From: Sandaracinaceae bacterium
Lineage (GTDB): Bacteria; Myxococcota_A; Polyangia; Polyangiales; Sandaracinaceae
Assembly: GCA_044220955.1 (NCBI GenBank)
Contig: JBGAQA010000120.1
Coordinates: 1 to 18,075 of the forward strand
Direction: 5' to 3'
Length of the DNA stretch: 18,075 nt
Shown one piece after another: positions 1-8,352 of this stretch. Made by a program: the position numbers and the translations under genes. A model generated the notes under the pieces. The model was given only the letters and a program-made list of their open reading frames with translations. It made no database searches and was not told the DNA's origin. The stretch's first letter is position 1. Every line of letters starts with the position of its first letter.

Positions 1-57
1 GCGCTCGCCGAGCGCGCGATGACGTTCATCCCGGCGAAGCCGAGAGCCGTCGCGTGA
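1..57 (+). CDS. 3' end of a truncated CDS, probably a GMC oxidoreductase (cholesterol oxidase-like)
   Basis: Frame 1 reads ALAERAMTFIPAKPRAVA-stop (TGA 55-57). ALAERAM..IP resembles the C-terminal helix of GMC/ChoD-type oxidases, but only 18 codons are visible. Confidence 0.5.
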   Translation, partial: ALAERAMTFIPAKPRAVA

Positions 58-100
58 GCGCGTGCGCTTGCCGCGCCGTGCGGAGGCTCGCGTCGCGCGC

Positions 101-829
101 TCACGGCGCCGGACCGAAGCCCGCCTCGGCGAGGATCGCCTGCGACGGCGGCTCGCGCAGGGCCCGTACGAAGGCCAGAGCCGCAGCGCGGTGATCGCCG
201 TGGAGGGCCACCGCCACGCCCGCGACCGGTCGTGCGAACGGGGCGGGGATCTGGAAGGCGACGAGCACCGCCGGCTCGTCGCGCGCGGCGGTCCCGTCGA
301 CGATCGCGGCCTCGGCCTCGCCGCGCACGACCCGCGCGAGCGCGCTCTGGACGTCCTGCGCGTCCACGAGCCGCGGCGTCATCGCCTCGGTCAGACCCTC
401 GTGCGCGAGCGCGTCGCGCGCGGCGCGGCCCGCCGGGACCTCGTCCGCCGCGACCGCGACGTGCTCGAGCAGCGCGAGCTCCGTGAGCGTGGCAGGCCGT
501 GACGACGACGAGCCGGCGACGACGACGACGAGCGGGTCCGTCGCGAAGGGCACGCGATCCGATGCGGCGGCGAAACCGGCCGCGATCACGTGGTCGGCCG
601 ACGCCTCGTCGGCCGCGAGGAAGACGTCGACCGGCGCGCCCTGCTCGATCTGCTCCGCGAGGGACGCGCTGGTCTCGAAGTAGCTCTCGACCCGCAGCCC
701 CTGGGCGGCAGCGATCCGGGGTACGACGACGCTCAGGCTCGCGGCGGCGGCGACCCGCAGATCGGCCGGAGGCGGGGCCGGCGGCGCGCACGCGACGAGC
801 AAGAGCGGCCACCATGGGAACCGGCCCAT
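101..829 (-). CDS. modA: Molybdate ABC transporter substrate-binding lipoprotein (ModA-like), 242 aa
   Basis: Start re-called at ATG 829 (MGRFPWWPLLLVAC, lipobox LVAC). ModA-type motifs are VAAAASL, QIEQGAPVDVFLAAD, VPAGRAA and ILAEAGF. Confidence 0.8.
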   Translation of the reverse strand: MGRFPWWPLLLVACAPPAPPPADLRVAAAASLSVVVPRIAAAQGLRVESYFETSASLAEQIEQGAPVDVFLAADEASADHVIAAGFAAASDRVPFATDPLVVVVAGSSSSRPATLTELALLEHVAVAADEVPAGRAARDALAHEGLTEAMTPRLVDAQDVQSALARVVRGEAEAAIVDGTAARDEPAVLVAFQIPAPFARPVAGVAVALHGDHRAAALAFVRALREPPSQAILAEAGFGPAP

Positions 830-837
830 CGCGGCGC

Positions 838-843
838 AGTGTA
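838..843 (-). promoter_or_regulatory. Putative -10 box (TACACT) of a leaderless modA transcript
   Basis: Minus strand reads TACACT-GCGCCGCG-ATG (8-nt spacer) with no SD. Confidence 0.55.
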
Positions 844-915
844 CGCGGAGCGCGATCTCGCGGTGAGGTCCGAAAACGGCCAGACGCGCGCCGCGGGCCA
901 CGCTACGACCGCCAC

Positions 916-2373
916 ATGCCTGGCCCGACACCGCTCGATCCGCGCGCTTGCCACCGCGCGCTCGCCGCGCGCGACGCGCGCTTCGACGGCGTCTTCTTCG
1001 TCGGCGTCTCGACCACGGGGATCTACTGCCGCCCGATCTGTCCCGCGCGCACACCCGGTGCCGATCGCTGCGCGTACTTCGCGCACGCCGCCGAGGCGGA
1101 GCGGGCCGGCTTCCGCGCTTGCTTCCGGTGTCGCCCGGAGCTCGCGCCGGGCGCGGCCTCGGTGGACGCGCGGTCGCGCCTCGTGCGCGCGGCCCTCGAC
1201 GCGATCGAGCGCGGCACGCTCGAAGACGGGGGTGTCGAGCCGCTCGCGAAGCGCCTCGGGGTGACGTCGCGGCACCTGCGCCGCACGCTCGAGCGCGAGC
1301 TCGGCGTCGGACCCTCGGAGCTCGAGACGACGCGGCGGCTCGCGGTCGCCAAGCAGCTGCTCACGGACACGTCGCTGCCGCTCGCGCAGGTCGCGCTCGG
1401 TGCCGGCTTCGGCAGCGTGCGCCGCTTCAACGACGCGTTCCGCGCGCGCTTCGATCGCCCGCCCTCGGAGGTGCGGCGCGCGCGGGGCGGCGATGCAGCC
1501 CCCGGCGTCGGGCCCGATCTCACGCTCCGGCTCGATCACCGCGCACCCTTGGACTGGAACGCCCTGCTCGCGTTCCTCGGTCCGCGGGCGACGCCCGGCG
1601 TCGAGCGCGTGCGCGCGGGCGCATTCGAGCGGGCGCTCGGCGTGGACGGCGCGTGCGGATGGATCCGCGTCACGGCGCGTGACGATCGCCCCTCGCTCGC
1701 GCTCGTGATCTCGGCGCCGCTCGCCCTCCATGCAGCGCGGATCGCTCGCGCGGTGCGGGACCTCTTCGACCTGGACGCGCACCCCGATCGCGTCCGGGCA
1801 GCGCTCGAGACCGACGCCACGATGGCCGCGCTCGTCCGGCGGCGCCCCGGGCTGCGCGTCCCCGGCGCCATCGCGCCCTTCGAGGCGGCCGTGCGGGGCG
1901 TCCTCGCGCAGCAGGTGTCGGTCGCCGCCGCGACCACGCTGGTCGGACGCGTCGTCGACCGGCTCGGCGGACGCGCCTCGGGCGGCCTGCCCGGCCTCGA
2001 CGCCACGTTCCCGACGCCCGATCGGATCGCGGACACCTCGGTCGAGCGCCTGGCCTCGATCGGCATGCCGGCCGCGCGGGCGCGCGCGCTCCGCTCGCTC
2101 GCGCGCGGAGTCGCGCGTGGCGAGCTCGACCTGAGCGGTGCGTGCCCACCACGAGACGTCGTCGCCCAGCTCCTGGCGCTGCCCGGGATCGGTCCGTTCA
2201 CGGCGGAGGTGATCGCGATGCGCGCGCTGCGCGACGCGGACGCGTTCCCGGCGGGTGACCTCGTGCTCGCGCGGCGCCTCGGAAAGCGGGCGCTCGAGCG
2301 CGCCGAAGCCTGGCGGCCGTACCGCGCGTACGCCGCGATGCACCTCTGGACCGACGAAGGAGCGAAGCGATGA
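916..2373 (+). CDS. alkA: Ada-AlkA fusion (Ada Zn-binding domain, AraC HTH, AlkA N-terminal domain, HhH-GPD 3-methyladenine glycosylase), 485 aa
   Basis: Start re-called at ATG 916. [25 protein letters not shown] and [10 protein letters not shown] supply the four Ada Cys ligands. AraC-like [12 protein letters not shown], then VLAQQVSV, HhH motif [16 protein letters not shown] and [16 protein letters not shown]. Confidence 0.93.
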   Translation: MPGPTPLDPRACHRALAARDARFDGVFFVGVSTTGIYCRPICPARTPGADRCAYFAHAAEAERAGFRACFRCRPELAPGAASVDARSRLVRAALDAIERGTLEDGGVEPLAKRLGVTSRHLRRTLERELGVGPSELETTRRLAVAKQLLTDTSLPLAQVALGAGFGSVRRFNDAFRARFDRPPSEVRRARGGDAAPGVGPDLTLRLDHRAPLDWNALLAFLGPRATPGVERVRAGAFERALGVDGACGWIRVTARDDRPSLALVISAPLALHAARIARAVRDLFDLDAHPDRVRAALETDATMAALVRRRPGLRVPGAIAPFEAAVRGVLAQQVSVAAATTLVGRVVDRLGGRASGGLPGLDATFPTPDRIADTSVERLASIGMPAARARALRSLARGVARGELDLSGACPPRDVVAQLLALPGIGPFTAEVIAMRALRDADAFPAGDLVLARRLGKRALERAEAWRPYRAYAAMHLWTDEGAKR

Positions 2374-2933
2374 CGAGCACGACGACGAGACACGACGAGA
2401 CCCTCACCTCCACGGCGATCGCCTCACCGCTCGGTGCCCTCACGCTCGTCGCGGACCCGCGCGCGCTCGTCGGCCTCTATTTCGAGGCGCACCGGCCCGC
2501 GCCGAGAGTCCGCGGCGCGCGCGTCGGCTCGAGTCGAGTCCTCGCCCAGGCCGCGCGGGAGCTCGAGGCGTACTTCGCCCGGCCGGCACATCGCTTCCAG
2601 CTCGCGCTCGCGCCGCACGGCACCGCGTTCGAGCGCGCCGTCTGGGCGGCGCTCCGCGAGATCCCCGTCGGCGAAGTGCGGACCTACGGAGCGCTCGCCC
2701 GTGCGCTCGGGCGCCCCTCGGCGGCGCGGGCCGTCGGCGGTGCGGTCGCGCGCAATCCGCTCTCGATCGTCGTCCCCTGCCACCGCGTCGTCGGCGCCGA
2801 CGGATCGCTCACGGGCTTCGCCGGCGGCCTGCCGCGCAAGGCGTGGCTCCTCGCCCGAGAGCGTCGTGCCGGCTCGCTCTCGTGTCGTGATCAGCCGTCG
2901 TGCGAGCTGCCGAGCGACTCGTCGCCGTATTGA
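2370..2933 (+). CDS. ogt: Methylated-DNA--protein-cysteine S-methyltransferase
   Basis: Active-site PCHRV motif, plus [18 protein letters not shown] and ARAVG. ATGA overlap with the alkA stop, and SD AAGGAG at 2357-2362. Confidence 0.93.
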   Translation: MTSTTTRHDETLTSTAIASPLGALTLVADPRALVGLYFEAHRPAPRVRGARVGSSRVLAQAARELEAYFARPAHRFQLALAPHGTAFERAVWAALREIPVGEVRTYGALARALGRPSAARAVGGAVARNPLSIVVPCHRVVGADGSLTGFAGGLPRKAWLLARERRAGSLSCRDQPSCELPSDSSPY

Positions 2934-3754
2934 TCGGGCAGGAACTGGAGCGGCGGGAGCAGGGTGCGCGGGCCGGTGTTCTGGAAGTGCCAGCGGCGGG
3001 TCGCGTCGGTCACGTCGACCGGGCCGACGTCGGGGTAGCCGGTCGGGCTCGTCGCCGTGTCGGTCGGGCTCCGCAGCGCGAGGAAGACCTGCCCCTGGTT
3101 GCGGGCCTGTGCGAGCAGCGCGCTCTGCTCCATGGTGATCTCGAGCGTCACGTTCGACGCCTGGCCCATGCGCACGCTTCGATCCTGCGCCTCCTGGACG
3201 GTCCGCGGCTGCTGCGGTCCGTCGGCGTGCACCTCCTGGCCGACGGCCAGGACGGTGACGTTCTCCAGCACGACGGCGGTCCGGCCCATGTTGAGGATCT
3301 GGGGATCACCGACCGTGACGATCACGTCGACGTGATCGCCCGGACGCAAGAGACCTCCGAAGAGCGCCGTCTGGAACGCCTGGATCGTCATGGCACGCAG
3401 GCCGGTGGGGATGCTCCCCGAGAGCGTGCGTCGCGCGTCGGAGAGCGGCGAGAGGTCCGTGCGCAGGATGCACTCCCCCGCGTGGACCGACTGCGCGAGC
3501 GGCAGGCCGATGAGCTCGCGCATCGCGCTCGCCATGAGGTGCCGGTCCTCCACGTAGGTCTGCGGCAGCTCGCGCGTCGTGATCCACTCGGCCCGGACGG
3601 GCTCGCCGAGCGGGATGTCCTCGAGGGCGACGAGCACCTCGATCGGCGCACCGCCGGTCTCCGTCTCCACGAAGGCGCCCGTGTAGACGTAGAAGAAGAT
3701 GAAGAGGCCGCCGATGATGAGGCCACCTGCAGCGGCGAGCATGTTTCGATTCAT
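2891..3754 (-). CDS. cpaB: Flp/Tad pilus assembly protein CpaB (RcpC)
   Basis: N-terminal TM segment, SAF-like [14 protein letters not shown], and RcpC-like [38 protein letters not shown]. Confidence 0.88.
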   Translation of the reverse strand: MNRNMLAAAGGLIIGGLFIFFYVYTGAFVETETGGAPIEVLVALEDIPLGEPVRAEWITTRELPQTYVEDRHLMASAMRELIGLPLAQSVHAGECILRTDLSPLSDARRTLSGSIPTGLRAMTIQAFQTALFGGLLRPGDHVDVIVTVGDPQILNMGRTAVVLENVTVLAVGQEVHADGPQQPRTVQEAQDRSVRMGQASNVTLEITMEQSALLAQARNQGQVFLALRSPTDTATSPTGYPDVGPVDVTDATRRWHFQNTGPRTLLPPLQFLPDQYGDESLGSSHDG

Positions 3755-3840
3755 CGCGCGAGCTCGGCGGCCAGCCTAGCAGAGGGGCGGGCGAGATCGG
3801 AAGACCGTCGCCCCGGGAGCGGTACTAAGCTCGGGCCTCC

Positions 3841-5211
3841 ATGCGTCTCTCGACCCTGTTCGGCCCGGACTTCCGGCAGATCCTGCGCGAGGAGCCCGAG
3901 GCGCTGCGCGAGGCGCTCGACGAGCTGCACGAGGAAGACGTCGCCGAGATCTGCCAGGACCTGAGCGAGGAGGAGGTCGTCAACCTGCTGCGCGCGCTGC
4001 CCGACGAGTTCGCCGGCGGCGTGCTCGAGCGTCTGCCCGACGAGGTCCGCAACGCGGCGCTCGAGAAGCTCAAGCCGATCGAGGCGGCATCGCTCCTGGC
4101 CGAGATGGCGCCGGACGATCGCGCCGACGCGCTCCAGTCGCTCGAGATGCCGCTGCAGGAGAAGCTCCTCGCGGAGCTCGCGACCGTTCAGCCCGAGGCC
4201 GCCGAAGAGGCACGCGAGCTGGTCGCCTATCCGGAGGACAGCGCGGGCGCGATCATGACGACCGCGTTCGTGGGCATCCCGCCCGAGACGAAGGTCTGGC
4301 AAGCCATCGACGAGGTGCGCAAGGCCAGCAAGGCCGGCGCGGTGGAGACGGTCTACTACGTCTACGCGCTGGCGTACGGCGACAAGCTCGTCGGTGTCGT
4401 GTCCCTGCGCGAGCTGATCCTCGCCGAGCCAGCGCAGACGCTGGCCGACATCATGACGGAGAACGTCGTCCGCCTCGACATCGCCGACGGGCGCGAGGAG
4501 GTCGCGCGCACGATGGCGAAGTACGACTTCACCGCGATGCCGGTGGTGGACGCCGCGGGCCGGATGGTCGGCGTGGTCACCGTCGACGACGTCGTGGACG
4601 TCGTCATCGAGGAGGCCACCGAGGACGCCCAGAAGATGGGCGCCGTCTCACCGATGCTCGACACGTACTTCCAGATCTCGTTCTGGCAGTACTGGCGTAG
4701 CCGCGTCACGTGGCTCGTCGTCCTCTTCCTCGGCGGGTTCCTGACCGCGAGCGTGATGGAGCACTTCGAAGGGGCGATCCACGAACTGGCCGTGCTCGCG
4801 GTGTTCCTGCCCCTCATCATCTCGACGGGCGGCAACGCCGGCTCCCAGAGCGCCTCCCTCGTCATCCGCGCGCTCGCCACCGACGAGGTCCATCCGAGCG
4901 ACTGGGCGCGCGTGCTGCGTCGCGAGGTCGTCGTCGGGATCACGCTCGGCCTGGTGGTCGGCGTGCTGGGCTTCGCGCGCGCGCTCTTCACCGCCGACAC
5001 CGACAGCTACGCCTTCGCCGCCGTCGTCTCCGTCAGCATCGTCGGCGTGGTCACGGTCGGATCGCTCGTCGGGGCGCTGCTCCCGCTGGTGATCCAGCGC
5101 GTGGGCCTCGATCCGGCGGTGAGCTCGACGCCCTTCATCGCGTCGCTCTCCGACGTCGTGGGACTGCTCATCTACCTCGGGATCGCGCGTACGCTCCTCG
5201 GACTCTCGTGA
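3841..5211 (+). CDS. mgtE: Magnesium transporter MgtE
   Basis: Acidic helical N-domain, CBS pair (YPEDSAGAIMT; PVVD..GRMVGVVTVDD), and TM motifs GGNAGSQ and DPAVSSTPFIASLSD. TAAGCT lies 9 nt upstream of the ATG. Confidence 0.95.
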   Translation: MRLSTLFGPDFRQILREEPEALREALDELHEEDVAEICQDLSEEEVVNLLRALPDEFAGGVLERLPDEVRNAALEKLKPIEAASLLAEMAPDDRADALQSLEMPLQEKLLAELATVQPEAAEEARELVAYPEDSAGAIMTTAFVGIPPETKVWQAIDEVRKASKAGAVETVYYVYALAYGDKLVGVVSLRELILAEPAQTLADIMTENVVRLDIADGREEVARTMAKYDFTAMPVVDAAGRMVGVVTVDDVVDVVIEEATEDAQKMGAVSPMLDTYFQISFWQYWRSRVTWLVVLFLGGFLTASVMEHFEGAIHELAVLAVFLPLIISTGGNAGSQSASLVIRALATDEVHPSDWARVLRREVVVGITLGLVVGVLGFARALFTADTDSYAFAAVVSVSIVGVVTVGSLVGALLPLVIQRVGLDPAVSSTPFIASLSDVVGLLIYLGIARTLLGLS

Positions 5212-5224
5212 AGGTGAACCGCCC

Positions 5225-5815
5225 ATGAAGAACGTCACGTGGCACTGCCGCTGCGGCCGGGTGAAGGGCTCGGTCGAGGAGCTCTCGCCCACGTGCGCGA
5301 ACCGCTGCATCTGCTACTGCCACGACTGCCGCGCGTTCCTGCACCACCTGGGGCGTGAAGATCTGATCGATCCGCGCGGGGGCATCGACATCGTGCAGGT
5401 CCCGCGCGCGCACCTGGCGATCGACGAGGGGCGCGATCAGCTGCGCTGCCTGCGCCTCACGCCGCGGGGCCTGCATCGCTGGTACACCGAGTGCTGCAAG
5501 ACGCCGGTCGCGAACACGATGCCGCGCGTCCCCTTCGCGGGCCTCTCGCCGAGCGCGCTCGCCGCCCCCGCGCGCGAGCTGCCCGATCCGGATCTCATCC
5601 ACGGCAAGTCGGCGGTCGGCGGCATCCCTCCCGGCGCGAGCGCGACGCTCGGGCTGCGCGCGATCGCGAGGCCCGCGAAGCTCTTCGCATCGTGGATGGC
5701 GCGCGGCCTCGGCCACCCGACGCCGCTCTTCGATCGAAGCGAGCACCCGAGCGTCGAGCCGACGGTCCTCACGCCGGCCGAGCGCCAGAAGCTCCGCGAG
5801 CACCCGCGCGCCTGA
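5225..5815 (+). CDS. DUF6151 / GFA (Mss4-like) Zn-binding protein
   Basis: CRCG..CICYCHDC..GLHRWYTECCKTP cysteine pattern. Starts 13 bp after the mgtE stop with SD-like AAGGTG. Confidence 0.72.
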   Translation: MKNVTWHCRCGRVKGSVEELSPTCANRCICYCHDCRAFLHHLGREDLIDPRGGIDIVQVPRAHLAIDEGRDQLRCLRLTPRGLHRWYTECCKTPVANTMPRVPFAGLSPSALAAPARELPDPDLIHGKSAVGGIPPGASATLGLRAIARPAKLFASWMARGLGHPTPLFDRSEHPSVEPTVLTPAERQKLREHPRA

Positions 5816-5844
5816 CCCGGCGGCCGCGCGAGCGTCGCGCCGAA

Positions 5845-7674
5845 TCAGCGCTGGCGGACCTCGAGCTCCACCTTCCAGCGCTCGCCGCCGGCACGCGGGA
5901 ACGCCTCGAGGCGGAGCGTGCCGACCTCGGTGACGGCGGCACCGAGGCGGACCGGCACGACGTCACCCGCGACGCGCCCCTCGGCGGGCATCGTCGCCTC
6001 GATCGCCGGCAGCTCCACGAGGTCGTCGCCGATGCGATCGAGCATCGTGCCGGGCAGGTCGTCGCGACGCGTCGCGCTCTCGAAAAACCGGAAGCTCACC
6101 GGCTCGCCGACGACCAGGCCCAGCTCCTGTCTCGCGGGTGCGGCCTCGGTTCCCTCTTCCATGCCGAAGGGCGCGACGCAGAGCGCGCTCAGAGGCGGGT
6201 CCATCCCGGGGACGGCGGGCATCGCGCTCTCGACGCCGACGTAGTAGCTCTTCGCGGTGCCCCCTCGGATGCGCACGCCCTTTCCGCGCCTCACGTACGC
6301 GTAGTAGGCAGCGCCGCGCGCCACCGCGAGGTCGAGGTCGGCTCCCGCGAGCACGCGCGCCCGCGGCGCACCGTCGGCCTCGAGCCAGGCATCGACCGTC
6401 TTCATCAGGCGCGTCTGGAGCAGCGCGGCGCGGAGCACACCTCCGTTGAAGAGCACCGCGGTCGGATGGAGGAAGCGATCGGTGGGCTTGCGCGCGAAGC
6501 CCACGAGATCCTCGGTCGCGCCGAGCTGCCGTGTGAGGAACGCCGCGAGGTGGCGCGTCACCGCCGCGTCCTGCGCATAGGGGAGGCCGATCTCGGTGAG
6601 CGCCACGCGCGGCCGCACGAGCGGGCGCGCGTCGATGCCGACCTCGGGGAAGAAGCCCTCGACCAGCAGCTTCGTCACGTCGGCGCGCGTCAGCTCCGTG
6701 CGAATCGAGCCTGCGACGAGCTTGCTCCCGCGCGTGGGTACCACGACCGGCACGCTCGCGGGCGCGCCGTCGGCGAGCAGCGCCTCCTTCGCCGCGCGAC
6801 AGGCGTGGACGAGCACGGCGCTCTGGAATGCGTCGAGCGTCTTCCCCTCCGCGGCGAGACGCTGGGTCACGACCGCGGCGAGCGCCAGATCCATGTTGTC
6901 GCCACCGAGCAAGATGTGGTCGCCGACCGCGACCCGGCGCAGCTCGAGGCTCCCGCCCTGCTCGTGCACGGCGATCAGGGAGAAGTCCGTCGTGCCTCCG
7001 CCGATGTCGACGACGAGGATCACGTCGCCGACCTTCACCTCGTCGCGCCACCGCCCGCGCGAGCGCTCGATCCACGAGTAGAGCGCCGCCTGGGGCTCCT
7101 CGAGCAGCACGGCGTGACCGAGCCCGGCCTCTCGCGCGGCCTCGGCCGTGAGCTCGCGCGCCGCCGGGTCGAACGACGCGGGCACGGTCAGCACCACGTC
7201 CTGCTCCTCGATCGGTGCGTCCTCGTTCTTCGCGTTCCAGGCGGCGCGGAGGTGCGCGAGGTAGGCGACCTGCGCTGCGAACGGCGAGATCCGCTCGACG
7301 TCGGCGTCCTCGCCCCTCGGCGGCAAGATGGCCGCACGGCGGTCGACGCCGGCGTGCCCCAGCCAGCTCTTCGCGCTCGACACGAGGCGCAGCGGCGTCT
7401 TCTGCCCGAGCGAGCGGGCGAGCTCCCCCACGGCGAACGGCGGGTTCTTCTGCCATGGCAGCGTCAGCGAGCCGGCCGGCAGCTCCCCACTGGCGTGGTG
7501 CGGGAGGTAGAGGAACGATGGCAGCAGCTTCTTGCTCTCGATCTGCCCGAGGCTCGTGCTCTGCGGCACCTCGAGCACGGAGAGCGCGATCTCGTCGCCT
7601 TCGGTCAGATCCAGATCCACCGCGGCGAGCGCGGAGTGCGTGGTGCCGAGATCGATGCCGATCGCGTAGCTCAC
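5845..7674 (-). CDS. Non-canonical Hsp70-family protein, 609 aa
   Basis: GTG at 7674 overlaps the upstream stop (GTGA) and has SD GAGGT. Actin-fold ATPase motifs are IGIDLGTTHS, VLTVPASFD, LLEEPQAA, VVDIGGGTTD, LGGDNMD, VLFNGG and DLAVARGAA. The C-terminus is unlike the DnaK substrate domain and lid. Confidence 0.9.
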   Translation of the reverse strand: MSYAIGIDLGTTHSALAAVDLDLTEGDEIALSVLEVPQSTSLGQIESKKLLPSFLYLPHHASGELPAGSLTLPWQKNPPFAVGELARSLGQKTPLRLVSSAKSWLGHAGVDRRAAILPPRGEDADVERISPFAAQVAYLAHLRAAWNAKNEDAPIEEQDVVLTVPASFDPAARELTAEAAREAGLGHAVLLEEPQAALYSWIERSRGRWRDEVKVGDVILVVDIGGGTTDFSLIAVHEQGGSLELRRVAVGDHILLGGDNMDLALAAVVTQRLAAEGKTLDAFQSAVLVHACRAAKEALLADGAPASVPVVVPTRGSKLVAGSIRTELTRADVTKLLVEGFFPEVGIDARPLVRPRVALTEIGLPYAQDAAVTRHLAAFLTRQLGATEDLVGFARKPTDRFLHPTAVLFNGGVLRAALLQTRLMKTVDAWLEADGAPRARVLAGADLDLAVARGAAYYAYVRRGKGVRIRGGTAKSYYVGVESAMPAVPGMDPPLSALCVAPFGMEEGTEAAPARQELGLVVGEPVSFRFFESATRRDDLPGTMLDRIGDDLVELPAIEATMPAEGRVAGDVVPVRLGAAVTEVGTLRLEAFPRAGGERWKVELEVRQR

Positions 7675-8288
7675 AGCTCGACCTCGGCGGGCGCGACGAT
7701 CTTGGCGTCGTGGCCCTCGGCCATCTTCGGCAGCTTCACGTCGGTCACGCGCCAGCCGCGATGGGCGAGGGTGCCGCGGTAGGGGGGCTCGCCCACGACG
7801 TTGCCCGTGAGCCGCACGCGCGTGGCGTCGAAGCCCTTCTCGAGCGTCACGGCGGCGCCCTCGCTCTCGGCCCGGACCGCCTCCACGGGGAGGTGCTCGT
7901 CGAGCGCCTTCTTGCAGCCGTCGTGCACCACGCGCGCGGCGCCGCCGATCTCGGCGTCGGAGAAGCTCGACATGTCCTCCTGCACGAAGTCCACGAAGCG
8001 CCCCTCCCGCTGGAGCAGCGCGAGCAGCTGGAGCGCTGCCTCGGGCCCCGCCTCGCGCAGGACGACCTCCTTCTTGTCCTTCTTGTCCTTCTTCTCCGGC
8101 CTCTCGGTCTTCGCGACCTTCTCGGGCGCGCCCGCCACGTCGTCCTCGGGCGCCGGCAGCGCAGGCCTGCCCGCACGCAGCCGCGCGACCCCGGCGGCGA
8201 ACTCGGCGTCGAAGAGCGTTCGGAAGAACGCGACCCACGAGAGCAGGAAGAGGCGCGTCAGGAACCCGGGCGCAGCGGTCTCGCTCAT
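7671..8288 (-). CDS. DUF2760 domain-containing protein
   Basis: ALQLLALLQREGRFVDFVQED...IGGAARVVHDGC...GFD..RVRLTGNV.GEPPYRGTLAHRGW...IVAPAEVEL. Sits directly upstream of an Hsp70 gene, the usual context of this family. Confidence 0.85.
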   Translation of the reverse strand: MSETAAPGFLTRLFLLSWVAFFRTLFDAEFAAGVARLRAGRPALPAPEDDVAGAPEKVAKTERPEKKDKKDKKEVVLREAGPEAALQLLALLQREGRFVDFVQEDMSSFSDAEIGGAARVVHDGCKKALDEHLPVEAVRAESEGAAVTLEKGFDATRVRLTGNVVGEPPYRGTLAHRGWRVTDVKLPKMAEGHDAKIVAPAEVEL

Positions 8289-8352
8289 GCGGCGCAGGGA
8301 TAGCGCGTTCCTGCCGTCGTGCCTTCTTCCGCGGCCGATCCCTAGTCGCGGG

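Noticed and set aside
53..105. 10-bp inverted repeat spanning two convergent stop codons
   Set aside because: The loop is long, there is no U-tract, and the match is largely forced by TGA/TCA plus CG-rich sequence. It is too weak to call a terminator.
499..915. N-terminal extensions in the ORF track (alkA from 499, modA from 1054, hsp70 from 8238, PLP enzyme from 14927, sigma from 17146)
   Set aside because: They overlap real neighbouring genes. Homology-like motifs and initiation signals begin at the downstream starts reported.
8068..8093. 9-bp tandem repeat (TCCTTCTTG) in the DUF2760 gene
   Set aside because: It is an in-frame KKD low-complexity linker with under three copies, not a CRISPR array or contingency locus.
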